DNA of 64,000 nucleotides from Deltaproteobacteria bacterium (GCA_034670305.1 JAXMNT010000009.1:96001-160000); one strand, 5' to 3'; positions 9,127 to 18,942 are shown, counted from the stretch's first letter. Notes: generated from the sequence alone by a model not told the origin. Translations and numbers: made by a program.

Positions 9127-9762
9127 GTGGCGTTTCTCGCGCACTCGTTCGTGACCCGCATCGGCGACCGCGCCTTCCACGCGCCGCTCTCGTTCGATCT
9201 CGAACCGGGTACGTCCGTGGTGGTGCGGGGGCCGAGCGGCGTCGGCAAGAGCACGTTGCTGCGTGCACTTGCTGCGCTCATTCCGCCGGGCGGCGGCACC
9301 CTCGCCCTCGACGGCGCCGCGCCCGAGACCGACACCCTCGCGTGGCGGTCGAACGTGCTCTACACGGCACAGTCACCAAGGCTCCTGGAAGACACCGTGG
9401 GCGAAGTGCTCCGCCGCCCATTCGAGTTCCGGGTGCGGCGCGGTCAGACCTTTCCGGTCGACGACGCGAAGCGGTGGCTCGACGCGCTTCAGTTGCCCGG
9501 TTTCGACCGCCCGACGGACCACATGAGCGGCGGCGAGCGCCAGCGGGTGCATCTGGTGCGCGCGCTGTGCCTGCGCCCGCAGGTGCTGCTCCTCGACGAA
9601 CCGGTGAGCGCGCTCGACCCCGATCGCCGCGAGGCGGCCCGCGCGCTGCTGGACGAAGCCGCGGACGCGGGCGTCGTCACGATCGAGGTCACCCACGAGG
9701 TCGGCGATCGAGCGGCGCTCGAGGTCGACTGGATCCACGCCGAAGAGGTCGCGCATGGCTGA
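9127..9762 (+). CDS. ABC transporter ATP-binding subunit (FetA/YbbL-like)
   Basis: GPSGVGKST, MSGGERQR, LLLDEPVSALD, VTH; overlaps the permease start. Start placed at GTG 9127 (uncertain). Confidence 0.85.
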   Translation: MAFLAHSFVTRIGDRAFHAPLSFDLEPGTSVVVRGPSGVGKSTLLRALAALIPPGGGTLALDGAAPETDTLAWRSNVLYTAQSPRLLEDTVGEVLRRPFEFRVRRGQTFPVDDAKRWLDALQLPGFDRPTDHMSGGERQRVHLVRALCLRPQVLLLDEPVSALDPDRREAARALLDEAADAGVVTIEVTHEVGDRAALEVDWIHAEEVAHG

Positions 9763-10552
9763 CGCCATCGAACTCGGTGATTGGGAAGTGGCGGGTGCCG
9801 CCGGGCTGGTGCTGGTGGCCGGCGCGGTCAGCGTGGCGCTCAAGTTGCGGCTCGAGAAGTCGCTGCTGCTCGGCCTCGTACGCGCCACCGTGCAGCTCTC
9901 GCTGCTCGGCCTCGTGCTGCGGTGGGTGTTCGCGCACGGGAGCTTGGCGGTCACGTTCGTCGCGATGGGTGTGATGACCGTCGCGGCGTCGCGCGCCGCG
10001 CTCGCCCGCGCCGGCTGGAAACTCGACGGTGCGTTCTTCGGCGCGTTCGCCACGCTCGTCGTCACCGCCGGTTTGATGGCGATGCTCGGTTCCGCAGTCT
10101 TCGTCGGCACCGATCCCTGGTACGACCCGCGCTACGCGCTGCCGCTGCTCGGCATGTTGCTCGGCAACGGCCTGACCGGCATCTCGCTCTGTCTCGACAG
10201 TTTGCTCGCGGTGGTCGCGGACGACCGCGACGCGATCGAACTCGAGCTGGCGATGGGCGCCACCCGCTGGGAGGCTTCCCGCGCGCCCATGCAGCGCGCG
10301 GTGCGGCGCGGCATCGTGCCGATCGTCAACGCGATGATGGTGGTCGGCATCGTGTCGATCCCCGGCATGATGACGGGGCAGATCCTCGCGGGCGCGGATC
10401 CAATGCTGGCGGTGCGCTACCAGCTGCTGATTCTGTTTCTGATCGCGGCGTCGACGAGCCTTGGGTGCGTGGGGGTGGCGGTGTTCACGGTGCGGCGGGT
10501 CATCGACGCGCAACATCGGCTGCGGCCGGACCGGGTGCACAAGCGGAAGTAG
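9755..10552 (+). CDS. fetB: Iron-export ABC permease FetB/YbbM (UPF0014)
   Basis: RATVQLSLLG, PWYDPRYALPLLGMLLGN, IELELAMGAT, VGIVSIPGMMTGQILAGADP..AVRYQ. Confidence 0.9.
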   Translation: MADAIELGDWEVAGAAGLVLVAGAVSVALKLRLEKSLLLGLVRATVQLSLLGLVLRWVFAHGSLAVTFVAMGVMTVAASRAALARAGWKLDGAFFGAFATLVVTAGLMAMLGSAVFVGTDPWYDPRYALPLLGMLLGNGLTGISLCLDSLLAVVADDRDAIELELAMGATRWEASRAPMQRAVRRGIVPIVNAMMVVGIVSIPGMMTGQILAGADPMLAVRYQLLILFLIAASTSLGCVGVAVFTVRRVIDAQHRLRPDRVHKRK

Positions 10553-10569
10553 CCCGATGTGAGGAGGAT

Positions 10570-10675
10570 GCCGACGCCGATGCCGAAGCCGATGCCGAAG
10601 CCGACGCCGATGCCGAAGCCGAAGCCGATGCCGAAGCCGAAGCCGAAGCAGATGCCGAAGCCGATGCCGAAGCCG
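10570..10675. repeat. (GCCGAN)n intergenic tract
   Basis: Tandem gccgac/gccgat/gccgaa units after the fetB stop. Confidence 0.95.
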
Positions 10676-10759
10676 GACTCCGAACGGCCACAATCCTTCA
10701 AAAGGAGCGTTCTTCGGACTCGGCGCTATGATCCGCCGGTGCGTCGCGCCCCCAACCGC

Positions 10760-11779
10760 ATGCCCATCGGGCTCCTGCCTGCGCTTGTGCTCGCCGTGCT
10801 CGGATCGGTGGCGTGGGCGACGGCTGGGGCGCAGCCCAACGCGGCGGAGCCAGAGGCGGAGACCAACCCTCCAACCGCGGAGCCGCACGAACCGGAGGCG
10901 CCGGCGCCGCCCTACGGCCCGCCGGTCCGAGAGCGCACCAAGAGCCGGTCGATCGCGCGCACGAACCGCGGGTGGCTCCGCAACGGCGTGCAGATCGAGT
11001 CCAGCGACACGATCCGCGTGCGCCATCCCGGCAATGCGTACGGGACCCAGGAGATGGTGGATCTGCTCGAGTGGGCTGCGGCGGAAGTCGAGCGCCAACA
11101 TCCTGGTTCGGTGCTCAACGTGGGCGACCTCTCCCGGCGGCGGGGCGGGCGGATTCGACCCCACCGGTCGCATCGCGCGGGCCGCGACGCCGACTTGGGT
11201 TTCTACCTGCTCGACAACGATGGCCAGCCGGCGGTGCCACGGCACTTCGTGCCGCTCCAGCGCTCCGGCAAGGGCGGCGACCGAGACGGCGCGTACTTTT
11301 TCGACGACGCGCGCAACTGGTCGTTCGTGGCGGCGCTCATGGGTCAGGACGTCGTGCCCGTGCAGTACATGATGGTCATCTCGCCCCTCAAGGAGCGCTT
11401 GCTCGCCGAAGGAGCTCGGCGGGGCGCGAGCGAGGCGCTCTTGCAACGGGTCCGTGAAGCGGTCGGACCACGGCACACCGGCCGCGGCCGGCGCGCGCGG
11501 TACGGCACCCACAACTCGCACTTCCACATCCGGATCTACTGCGCGGCCGACGACCTCCCACGCTGCGTCGACTCCGCCCCGTTCTGGGACTGGTTCGTCC
11601 GGCCGACCCCGCCGCGCGCCTCCTCGATGCGTTCTTCGATGCGTTCTTCGATGCGTTCTTCGATGCGTTCTTCGATGCGTTCTTCGATGCGTTCTTCGAT
11701 GCGGGTCTCGATGCGTTCTTCGATGCGGCGTTCGTCGATGTCGTCGATGTCGACGCGGCGCCGCTCAACTTCGATGTGA
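10760..11779 (+). CDS. Penicillin-insensitive murein endopeptidase (MepA/M74-like), secreted, with SSMR-repeat tail
   Basis: Signal peptide MPIGLLPALVLAVLGSVAWATA; NAYGT, VGDLSRRRGG, PHRSHRAGRDAD, HNSHFHIRIYC. Start could be GTG 10739. Confidence 0.85.
   Translation: MPIGLLPALVLAVLGSVAWATAGAQPNAAEPEAETNPPTAEPHEPEAPAPPYGPPVRERTKSRSIARTNRGWLRNGVQIESSDTIRVRHPGNAYGTQEMVDLLEWAAAEVERQHPGSVLNVGDLSRRRGGRIRPHRSHRAGRDADLGFYLLDNDGQPAVPRHFVPLQRSGKGGDRDGAYFFDDARNWSFVAALMGQDVVPVQYMMVISPLKERLLAEGARRGASEALLQRVREAVGPRHTGRGRRARYGTHNSHFHIRIYCAADDLPRCVDSAPFWDWFVRPTPPRASSMRSSMRSSMRSSMRSSMRSSMRSSMRVSMRSSMRRSSMSSMSTRRRSTSM
11621..11752 (+). repeat. 12-nt coding tandem repeat (TCTTCGATGCGT) encoding (SSMR)n
   Basis: About 9 units, then degenerate copies. 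Confidence 0.9.
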
Positions 11780-13990
11780 GAGCGCTTCGAGTTTGGCCAT
11801 CTCGGCGTAGGTCGTGGCCCAGAACACGGTCTCGTGAAGCGCATCGCACCGCTCGTCGGCATAGCCTGCCGTCAGCAGCGCACGGATGCGTGCCGCTCCA
11901 TGGTCGAGTGCCAGCACGTCCAGGCTGATCGACGCCTGGGTCAGTTGCGCCCTTCGAAATGGGACGGTGTGGCCGACCCCCGACACAGCCCAACCTTCGA
12001 GCGTATCGAGCAACGCCTCGACTACCAGAAGATCGCCCCGCACGGCGCGTCGCGGAGCGCCGGGGTCGTGCTCCGTGGCGGAGCGCTCTTGCGGGTAGGA
12101 ACCGCGGTGCTGGCTCGGGGAACCGCGGTGCTGGCTCGGGGAACCGCGGTGCTGGCTCGGGGAACCGCAGTGCTGGCCTTCCAACGGGTCGAAGCCGAGG
12201 TGCACTGGCGGGAACTCTTGTCCCGACCAGCGCCACGAGAGCGGATCGGCGACGAAGCCTGCCGGGGTCGGCCGAAGCCGCGCGACCAACTGGTCCGGCA
12301 GGATCTCGAGCAGCGGCCAGGACTCGAGCGCCTGGATCCGGTGGGCGTCGGTCGGCCGATGGGGGAGCGAGACGCGCACCCGCACACCGTCCTGCAGCTG
12401 GAGCTGGAACTCGAGGCGCTGCGCGACCTCGTCGAAGCGCGGTTCGGGTACGAAGTCCGGATCCAGTACGAGCACACACAACACGTCTCGGTCTTCGCCA
12501 CGACGCAGCAGGGGCGGCAGCTGGGACGACCACCGATCGAGCAGGCCGCGCTGGGAGTCCACCACCAGGTGGGGCGCGATGGCTTCGATCCGAAGGTCCG
12601 CTTCGGCGCGCTGAACCGTCGTCGAACCCCCCGCGCTCAAGACGCCGTCGGCACCGATGCGGGGCCCGAGCAGCACGAACGGAGATTCGGCGAGCTGCTG
12701 CATCGGACGGTCCCCGAAGACGCGGACCGAGCGGTAGAGCACGTCGAGCGTGACGTCTCCGCGGCGGCCGACGGAAACCGAGAAACTGCGGCCCGTGTCG
12801 CGTTGCAAAACATGAAGACGCACTACGCCGCCGCCAGGGCCGAGCGATCCCTCGACCGAGAGCGGCACCAGAGACAGCCGCTTGCCGAGCGCACGGCTGC
12901 GGCGGCCTTCGCCCGTGAGCTTGCGTCGCTGTGCTGCGCGCAATCCCTTGCTCCGCACAGCTGTTCCCGAAGCCTGCACCGCGGTTCCCTTGCTCCGCAC
13001 GGCGGTTCCCGAAGCCTGCACTGCGGTTCCCGAGGCCAACACTGCGGTTCCCGAGGCCAACACTGCGGTTCCCGAAGCCTGCACTGCGGTTCCCGAGGCC
13101 AACACCGCTCGCTTCGAGGGCGCCAGTGACGCGGTCAGCGCCCGGGTACGGATCGCCAGCCGGGAGAGTACCCACAACCAGGCACGGCCATCGAAGCGGG
13201 CGCTGCGCTCATGGTACGCACGCAGGAGCTGGGCGAGTTCCCGTAGATCGCGTGCGGCTTCGGGCTGCCCGACCATGTCCTGCGCGGTCGCGTCGAACAT
13301 CTCACCGGCCTCTGCCGGCAGACCGTCGAGTCCCGCCGCGGTTGCGCGCAACACGAGCGAGCGCAGACGACCGAGCTCCTCCCGTGGGTCGGGGCCGTCG
13401 GGCAGCGGTGGCAATGGGTGGAACGCCAGCGCGCCCATGACCCGGTGGCTGCAGACGCCTGGTTCGCGGCAGGAGCACACCGCGCCTTCCAGCCCGCCGT
13501 TCGGGACGAACCGGACCCGGATGCCGAGCTCAGGGAACGTGACGGCGGAATCGGACTCCAGCTCCACGTCGATTCCGTCGTGCAGTAGTTTGAGCGCGGC
13601 CAGGTAGCCTGCGGCCGCTTGGATCGTCTCGAGCGAAGGGACGGTTGCCCCCACTTCCACCGCACCGGCGTCTCGTGCACCGACAACGTGCGCGGGACCA
13701 ACGTCCACCGCCCCGACTTCGTCGAGGGTCTGATACGCGAGCACGGTACGGACCCGGTGCAGGCAGAACCGCCGCGCCGGGCACGTGCACGAAGAAGTCT
13801 GCAGGCCGCCCGGCGGGAAGGTACACACGACACCGTCGCTCCACACCGCAACGATGGTCTGGTCCTCCGACCGCCAAACGACCTCGAGTGCGCCGGCCTC
13901 CAGTTCGCGCTTCGCCCGCTTGAGGGCGAGCCGGTTGGCCACGCCAGCCAAGTCGTCTTCACTGAGTATGGTGAGGTCGGCGCGCTTCAT
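11765..13990 (-). CDS. SWIM zinc-finger protein (YehQ-like)
   Basis: From MKRADL (ATGA overlap with the upstream gene): ANRLALKRA, two SWIM motifs CTCPARRFCLH and CSCREPGVCSH, YHERSARFD. Confidence 0.85.
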   Translation of the reverse strand: MKRADLTILSEDDLAGVANRLALKRAKRELEAGALEVVWRSEDQTIVAVWSDGVVCTFPPGGLQTSSCTCPARRFCLHRVRTVLAYQTLDEVGAVDVGPAHVVGARDAGAVEVGATVPSLETIQAAAGYLAALKLLHDGIDVELESDSAVTFPELGIRVRFVPNGGLEGAVCSCREPGVCSHRVMGALAFHPLPPLPDGPDPREELGRLRSLVLRATAAGLDGLPAEAGEMFDATAQDMVGQPEAARDLRELAQLLRAYHERSARFDGRAWLWVLSRLAIRTRALTASLAPSKRAVLASGTAVQASGTAVLASGTAVLASGTAVQASGTAVRSKGTAVQASGTAVRSKGLRAAQRRKLTGEGRRSRALGKRLSLVPLSVEGSLGPGGGVVRLHVLQRDTGRSFSVSVGRRGDVTLDVLYRSVRVFGDRPMQQLAESPFVLLGPRIGADGVLSAGGSTTVQRAEADLRIEAIAPHLVVDSQRGLLDRWSSQLPPLLRRGEDRDVLCVLVLDPDFVPEPRFDEVAQRLEFQLQLQDGVRVRVSLPHRPTDAHRIQALESWPLLEILPDQLVARLRPTPAGFVADPLSWRWSGQEFPPVHLGFDPLEGQHCGSPSQHRGSPSQHRGSPSQHRGSYPQERSATEHDPGAPRRAVRGDLLVVEALLDTLEGWAVSGVGHTVPFRRAQLTQASISLDVLALDHGAARIRALLTAGYADERCDALHETVFWATTYAEMAKLEALSHRS
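12098..12179. repeat. 21-nt in-frame tandem array A (GGAACCGCGGTGCTGGCTCGG x~4)
   Basis: Three exact units plus one variant; encodes HRGSPSQ in the SWIM gene. Confidence 0.95.
12944..13108. repeat. 21-nt in-frame tandem array B (TCCCGAGGCCAACACTGCGGT and variants x~8), reverse complement of array A
   Basis: About eight units in three variants; encodes GTAVLAS/GTAVQAS/GTAVRSK in the SWIM gene. Confidence 0.95.
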
Positions 13991-16900
13991 CGAACCACCT
14001 CGGCCACGTAGCGGACGAGCGCCTCGGGGGTCAGCGCCGCCACGTGGGCCCCGAGCCCGGTGAGTCGGCGGGCCGTGGCGCGGTCGTAGATCGGCTGGCC
14101 GCTGCGGTCGTCGAGCGAAGCGAGCACGAGCACCTTCACTCCGTCTTCGAGCAGCCCCGCGAGTCGACCAACCATCGGCGCGGGATCGCCGCCCTCGACC
14201 AGGTCCGAGATGAGCACGATCAAGGTACGCCGCGGTTCTTCGACCAGCGCCGCGCAATGCTGGATCGCCCGAGCGATGTCGGTGCCGCCACCGAGCTGCA
14301 CGCTCATCAGGGTCTCGACCGGGTCGTGGAGCGCGCCACTGAGATCCACCACCGATGTATCGAACGCGAGCAGGCGCGGATCGAGCCGGGGGATCTTGGT
14401 GAACACCGAGGCCACGATCGAGGCATGCACGACGCTGTCGAGCATCGATCCGGACTGGTCGACGCACACGATCACACGCCACCGGCGCGGATCTTCGGGT
14501 ACTGCGAACCATGGCTGTTCGACCACGATGCGCCGTCGTTTCGGATCGTAGTGCTTGAGGTTGCGGGCGAGGGTGCGACGGGCGTCGAAGTCGCGGTGGC
14601 GTCCCCGTGGCTTCGCCAGCCTCACGCCATGCGAAGCGCTGAAGACCCGGTCGGCTTCAAGCCGCAGCCGCTTCTGGAGATCCTCGGCGACCGTTCGAAC
14701 CAGCTTGCGCGCGACGTCGATCACGCGGCCTTGCATCCTGCCTTTGAGCCGGAGCACCGCGTCGAGCAGCCGCACCGAGGGCTCGAGACGTTCGAGCACC
14801 TCCGGGTTGGTGACGATCTCGGTCATCCCGTACTTGTCGAGGGCCGCGCGCTCGACCCGCTCGCACACCCGCGCGGGGAACAGGGTGTGGAGCTCGTCGA
14901 TCCACCGCGGCACGGTGAGCTGGGAGCCGCCGGGCCCGCCGCTCCGAACGCCACGTGAACCTTCTCGGTAGGCACGGTCGTAGAGAAACGCGAGCACCTC
15001 GTCGAGGCGCCGGGCGGTGGCGGGCTCGTCGTAGAGTCGTCGTGCTTCTTGGCCAGCGGGACCGGCAGCGACGCCGCCTTCGCCTCCGTCTGCGAAACCG
15101 AGACCGGCACCGCGACCCGAACCGGCCTCCTGCCCCCGCGCATCGCCGTCGGCGCCCGTCGGGGCGAGCGCGGTGAGCGGGAGGGCGTCTTCGGCGAAGC
15201 GGCCGAGGATCAAGCGCCACCGCAAGAGGGTCTCGGTGTCATGGGTGGATGCGGTCGCAGGGGAGGTAGGTTGGAGGTCGAGATCGGACGCCGAGGGTGG
15301 AGGCGACCACGACCCCCACTGTGCGAGTACGTCTTCGACCCGCGCGCTCAAGGCTGCATGCCCACCGTCTGAAATCGGGTGTTCGGATCGCACGCCGTTC
15401 CCGAACCGCCGGGCGACCTCTGCGGCGAGGCGCGCGGTCTCCCAGGGCGTGAGCGCGGCGTGCGACCGGCGCAGGCCGGGGAGGGCAGCCAGGAAGAGTC
15501 GCGCATCGAGCGAGCGCAGTGCGATCGAGAGGTCGTGCACCAGCGTCGGGTGGTCTTGGTAGGTGCGACGGGTGAATGCGAACAGGCCATCGAACGCGCG
15601 GCCTGCCGCGTCGGGTCGCGCGTCGGCTTCGAGCAGGTGGGCACGCACCGCATCGAGCACCGACTCCAGCGGGCGAACCCCGCGGTTCCACAAGAGCGCC
15701 TGTGTGCCGACGTGCGCGCCAGGTGCATCCCCGAAGTCGTGCACGAGTTGGTCGAGCCGATCGTAGAGCGTCTGCGCGGACCCGCGTTTCGAAGAGGGAA
15801 CACCCGACGCGTCGGATTCGAGCGACACGTGCTCCAAAGTGTGCAGACCCCGGAGCGCTTCCTCTTCGTTGGATTCGTCGAGCCGACCCAGGTCGGGCAG
15901 GAGCATCACTGCCCGCGTCCACGCCCGCGTCACGCACTCGGCGAGCGGTGCTGGCCGCAGGGCGGCCGGCTCCGAGTTCGGTGCGTCTTCCGAACTTGGC
16001 GGCTCCGTGCCTTTGCCGAACCGGTAGCCGTCGCGGTACCGGTGCAACAGCCACAGCAGGTGCAGCGCCGCGAGCACTTCGGTGAACCGAGGCTCGGAGT
16101 CGATCGCACGGTGGAGCCGGTCCAGCATGCTGGGCAGCTCGTCCCGAAGCCCGAGCGCGCACGCCTCGACGATGCGCTGGGCCGCGCGGCCGGCACCGGG
16201 TGGGTCGGCCGCGATGCGTTCCCGAAGTGCTTGCAAGGTCGCGGTCTGCAGCGTCGGGCCGAGCGAGCTGCGCTCCACGAGGGTGCGTTCGGTCTCCTCG
16301 GTCCAGACCACCTTCCAGCGCTGCTCGACCCGCTCGAGTTCTTCGCCGATCAGATAGCGGGGCCCGGATTCCTGAACGGCGAGCGGGACGTCCAGGTAGC
16401 ACAGCTGGGTCAAGAGCTCGGCTTTGACGCGATCGCGCGCAAGCCGCATCGGACGCAGCCGCAGCACCTTCTCGTCCCCGAGGGCCGTTGGACACGACGC
16501 GGCCTCGAGCCGGCGCCGCACGTCTTGAACGAGGGCAGGCTCCAACGTGCGTGGCGGCCGACCGACGCGTTGGCCGACGAACGCGGCATCCACCAGTCCG
16601 ACTGGGTCGTGTTCCTCCAGCGAACCTTTGGCCCACGTGGTGCGTACCGCATCGCGCAGGTCGGCGCGCACCGGGGCGGCGTGGCCACGGAAGTGCGCGA
16701 GCCGCACGGCGAACTCCGCGGCTTCGATCAGGTCCGAGGTACCGATGGGAATCGGGTGTGCGCGTTCCATCGCGGCCACGGGCGCCCGTGTCCCATCGGC
16801 CGCGAACGAGAGCAGCTCCATCCACGACCGCCCCGCATGCACGGCCGCGTGGTATGCGGGGGCAGGGTCGGCGGCGCCCCAATGGCCGCCGAGCTCCGCG

Positions 16901-17697
16901 AGCTGAGCGTTCGAGTACGCGGTCAGGTGCAGACCACGCTGGCCGGCCGGTGGCTTCTTGAACCGCGGCTTCGCTCGCTTCTCGCGCAGTGCGTGCCGGA
17001 TGCCATCCACGTGCGCGAGCCCACAGACGAGCACCACCCGCTCCGGCATCTCGACGCTCGGATCGGTGGCCTTCTTCCGTGTCCGGCGAAGCGCGGCGGC
17101 CATCCAGGCCTCCCGATCCTGCCACGCGGGTGGACCCTGCTTGGCGGAGCCACCGACCCATCGGCGCAGCCCCGCGCCGAGCGCCGCGCACCGCCCAAAG
17201 AACGTCTGCCACGACTCTTCCCGTTCGGCTTCGAGGCCAACGTCGAGCAGTTCTCCGAGGTCGCGTGCTCGGGCCTGCGAGAGGGCGCCCCGCAGCACAC
17301 CCGAGTCCAGGCTCGACCGATCGGGACCACGGAGCACCCGAACATAGGACGGCAGATCGGCGAACCGCATGGTGGCGCCCGCCCGCCGCGCCCACCGCAG
17401 GGCAGCCAGCTCGGGGGAGTGGTCGGCGAAGGGGTACCAGCCGGTGAAGCGGGTGAACACGCGGCGGGTCCCACCTACCCGAACGAACGCGTGGAGTGCG
17501 ACGGGCGCTTCGAGCGAGGGATCGGTGAGTGCGTCGAACCCATCGAAGTCGGAGGGCCCCTCGACCAACACCGTCGAGGGTGCGATCGAGTCCAACGCGT
17601 CGACCAAATGCAGCGCGCACCGCGGAGAGAAGTGGCGGATGGGCAGCACGAACCGGCCCGGCGCCACTTCGAGGTTCTCGGTCGCTGTGGCGGTCAA
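13987..17697 (-). CDS. DUF5682 (YehM-like) fused to vWA/CoxE-like domain (YehP-like)
   Basis: IRHFSPRCA, VLVEGPSD, WYPFADHSPELAAL, REAWMA, VCGLAH; then LLRWRLILGR, VCVDQSGSM, VQLGGGTDIA, LISDLVEGG. Start placed at TTG 17697 after the MoxR stop. Confidence 0.85.
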   Translation of the reverse strand: MTATATENLEVAPGRFVLPIRHFSPRCALHLVDALDSIAPSTVLVEGPSDFDGFDALTDPSLEAPVALHAFVRVGGTRRVFTRFTGWYPFADHSPELAALRWARRAGATMRFADLPSYVRVLRGPDRSSLDSGVLRGALSQARARDLGELLDVGLEAEREESWQTFFGRCAALGAGLRRWVGGSAKQGPPAWQDREAWMAAALRRTRKKATDPSVEMPERVVLVCGLAHVDGIRHALREKRAKPRFKKPPAGQRGLHLTAYSNAQLAELGGHWGAADPAPAYHAAVHAGRSWMELLSFAADGTRAPVAAMERAHPIPIGTSDLIEAAEFAVRLAHFRGHAAPVRADLRDAVRTTWAKGSLEEHDPVGLVDAAFVGQRVGRPPRTLEPALVQDVRRRLEAASCPTALGDEKVLRLRPMRLARDRVKAELLTQLCYLDVPLAVQESGPRYLIGEELERVEQRWKVVWTEETERTLVERSSLGPTLQTATLQALRERIAADPPGAGRAAQRIVEACALGLRDELPSMLDRLHRAIDSEPRFTEVLAALHLLWLLHRYRDGYRFGKGTEPPSSEDAPNSEPAALRPAPLAECVTRAWTRAVMLLPDLGRLDESNEEEALRGLHTLEHVSLESDASGVPSSKRGSAQTLYDRLDQLVHDFGDAPGAHVGTQALLWNRGVRPLESVLDAVRAHLLEADARPDAAGRAFDGLFAFTRRTYQDHPTLVHDLSIALRSLDARLFLAALPGLRRSHAALTPWETARLAAEVARRFGNGVRSEHPISDGGHAALSARVEDVLAQWGSWSPPPSASDLDLQPTSPATASTHDTETLLRWRLILGRFAEDALPLTALAPTGADGDARGQEAGSGRGAGLGFADGGEGGVAAGPAGQEARRLYDEPATARRLDEVLAFLYDRAYREGSRGVRSGGPGGSQLTVPRWIDELHTLFPARVCERVERAALDKYGMTEIVTNPEVLERLEPSVRLLDAVLRLKGRMQGRVIDVARKLVRTVAEDLQKRLRLEADRVFSASHGVRLAKPRGRHRDFDARRTLARNLKHYDPKRRRIVVEQPWFAVPEDPRRWRVIVCVDQSGSMLDSVVHASIVASVFTKIPRLDPRLLAFDTSVVDLSGALHDPVETLMSVQLGGGTDIARAIQHCAALVEEPRRTLIVLISDLVEGGDPAPMVGRLAGLLEDGVKVLVLASLDDRSGQPIYDRATARRLTGLGAHVAALTPEALVRYVAEVVR

Positions 17698-17707
17698 CGC
17701 GCGGGCC

Positions 17708-18856
17708 TCAAAGGTGTTTGCGCGCGACGAAGAACGCCCGCCACAGCTCGCTCTCATCGGCCCGGCGCCGCACGATGCGAGAGAAGTAGTCGCGCAGCCG
17801 CTCGAGGTCTTCCGGGTCGTCTTTGAGCGCGGTGCCGACCATGTGCCGTGCCAGATCCGCCGGCGTGACGACGGAGTCGCCGTAGTAGTAGGCATGCAGT
17901 GACGCGCTGGTGCCGACCGCGATCGCTTCGGCGGTGGACAGCGCGCTCGAGGGTCGGTCGATGCGGTCGCCTTCGTCCGCTTCGCCAGCGCGCAACTCCT
18001 GGAACGCCGTCACGAGCAGCTCGATCACGGCCTCGTCGATGCGCACTTCGAGTCCGTCGTCGGCGAGCCGTCGCGTCACCTCGCGGCGCACCAGTTCGAT
18101 CTCGAGCGCTCTGTCCGAGAGGGGGTACACAGTCTCGAAGTTGAACCGGCGTTTGAGCGCCGCGCTCATGTCGTTGACCCCGCGGTCGCGGGTGTTCGCG
18201 GTGCCGATGACGTTGAACCCCGGCGCGGACTGCAGCACCCGATCAAGCTCCGGCACCTGAAGGATCCGGTCGGAGAGCGGCGAGACCAACACGTCTTGCA
18301 CCTCTGCTGGGCACCGGGTGATCTCTTCGAACCGAAGCAGCCGGCCCCGTTGCATCGCGCTGTAGAGGGCACCCGGTACCAGCGCTTCATCGCACGGTCC
18401 ACGGTCGAGCAAGAGCGCGTAGTTCCACCCGTACTTGATCTGATCTTCGGTCGTGCCAGCGGACCCCTGGATGGTCAGCGTGGAGGCGCCGCCGATGGCC
18501 GCGCTCAAGAGCTCGGACAACATCGTCTTCGCAGTGCCGGGTTCACCGACCAGCATCAGCCCGCGCGAGGTCGTGAGTGTGATGATTGCGCGTTCGACCA
18601 AGGAGTCGTCCCCGAAGAACTTCCGCTCGACCGAGACCTCACCGTCGGAACCCTCCAGCGCGCCACACCCGACGACGAAGTCGAGCACCGCGCGGGGCGA
18701 GAGCAACCAGCCGGTGGGACGGCGTGCGCCCTCGTCCCGCTTCGCCAATGCGGCGAGCTCCCGAGCGTACCGGGCCTCGGCCAGTTCGCGCTGAACGCCC
18801 GGCACACCCGAGTCCGCTTCGGGTGTCGCTTCGGGCTTCTTCTTCCGCTTCGTCAT
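17708..18856 (-). CDS. MoxR-family AAA+ ATPase (YehL-like)
   Basis: PTGWLLSPRAV, GEPGTAKTMLSE, IQGSAGTTEDQIKYGWNYA, RFEEITRC, TANTRDRGVNDMSAALKRRFNF, LSTAEA. Confidence 0.92.
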   Translation of the reverse strand: MTKRKKKPEATPEADSGVPGVQRELAEARYARELAALAKRDEGARRPTGWLLSPRAVLDFVVGCGALEGSDGEVSVERKFFGDDSLVERAIITLTTSRGLMLVGEPGTAKTMLSELLSAAIGGASTLTIQGSAGTTEDQIKYGWNYALLLDRGPCDEALVPGALYSAMQRGRLLRFEEITRCPAEVQDVLVSPLSDRILQVPELDRVLQSAPGFNVIGTANTRDRGVNDMSAALKRRFNFETVYPLSDRALEIELVRREVTRRLADDGLEVRIDEAVIELLVTAFQELRAGEADEGDRIDRPSSALSTAEAIAVGTSASLHAYYYGDSVVTPADLARHMVGTALKDDPEDLERLRDYFSRIVRRRADESELWRAFFVARKHL

Positions 18857-18942
18857 TCCGGTCTCGATGGTGTTCGCATGGCTGCCGACTCAAGCGTGAG
18901 CATACACGGCACCCGATGCAGCTCGGCCAGCTCCAGCGGAGC

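Noticed and set aside
10559-10759. MPTPMPKP... N-terminal extension of the MepA-like ORF (GAGGAGG next to ATG 10568)
   Set aside because: It is the GCCGAN tract read in frame; RBS spacing is poor and a good signal peptide starts at 10760
12098-13108. 21-nt arrays as CRISPR
   Set aside because: Units are contiguous with no unique spacers, lie in frame inside a gene, and no cas genes are present
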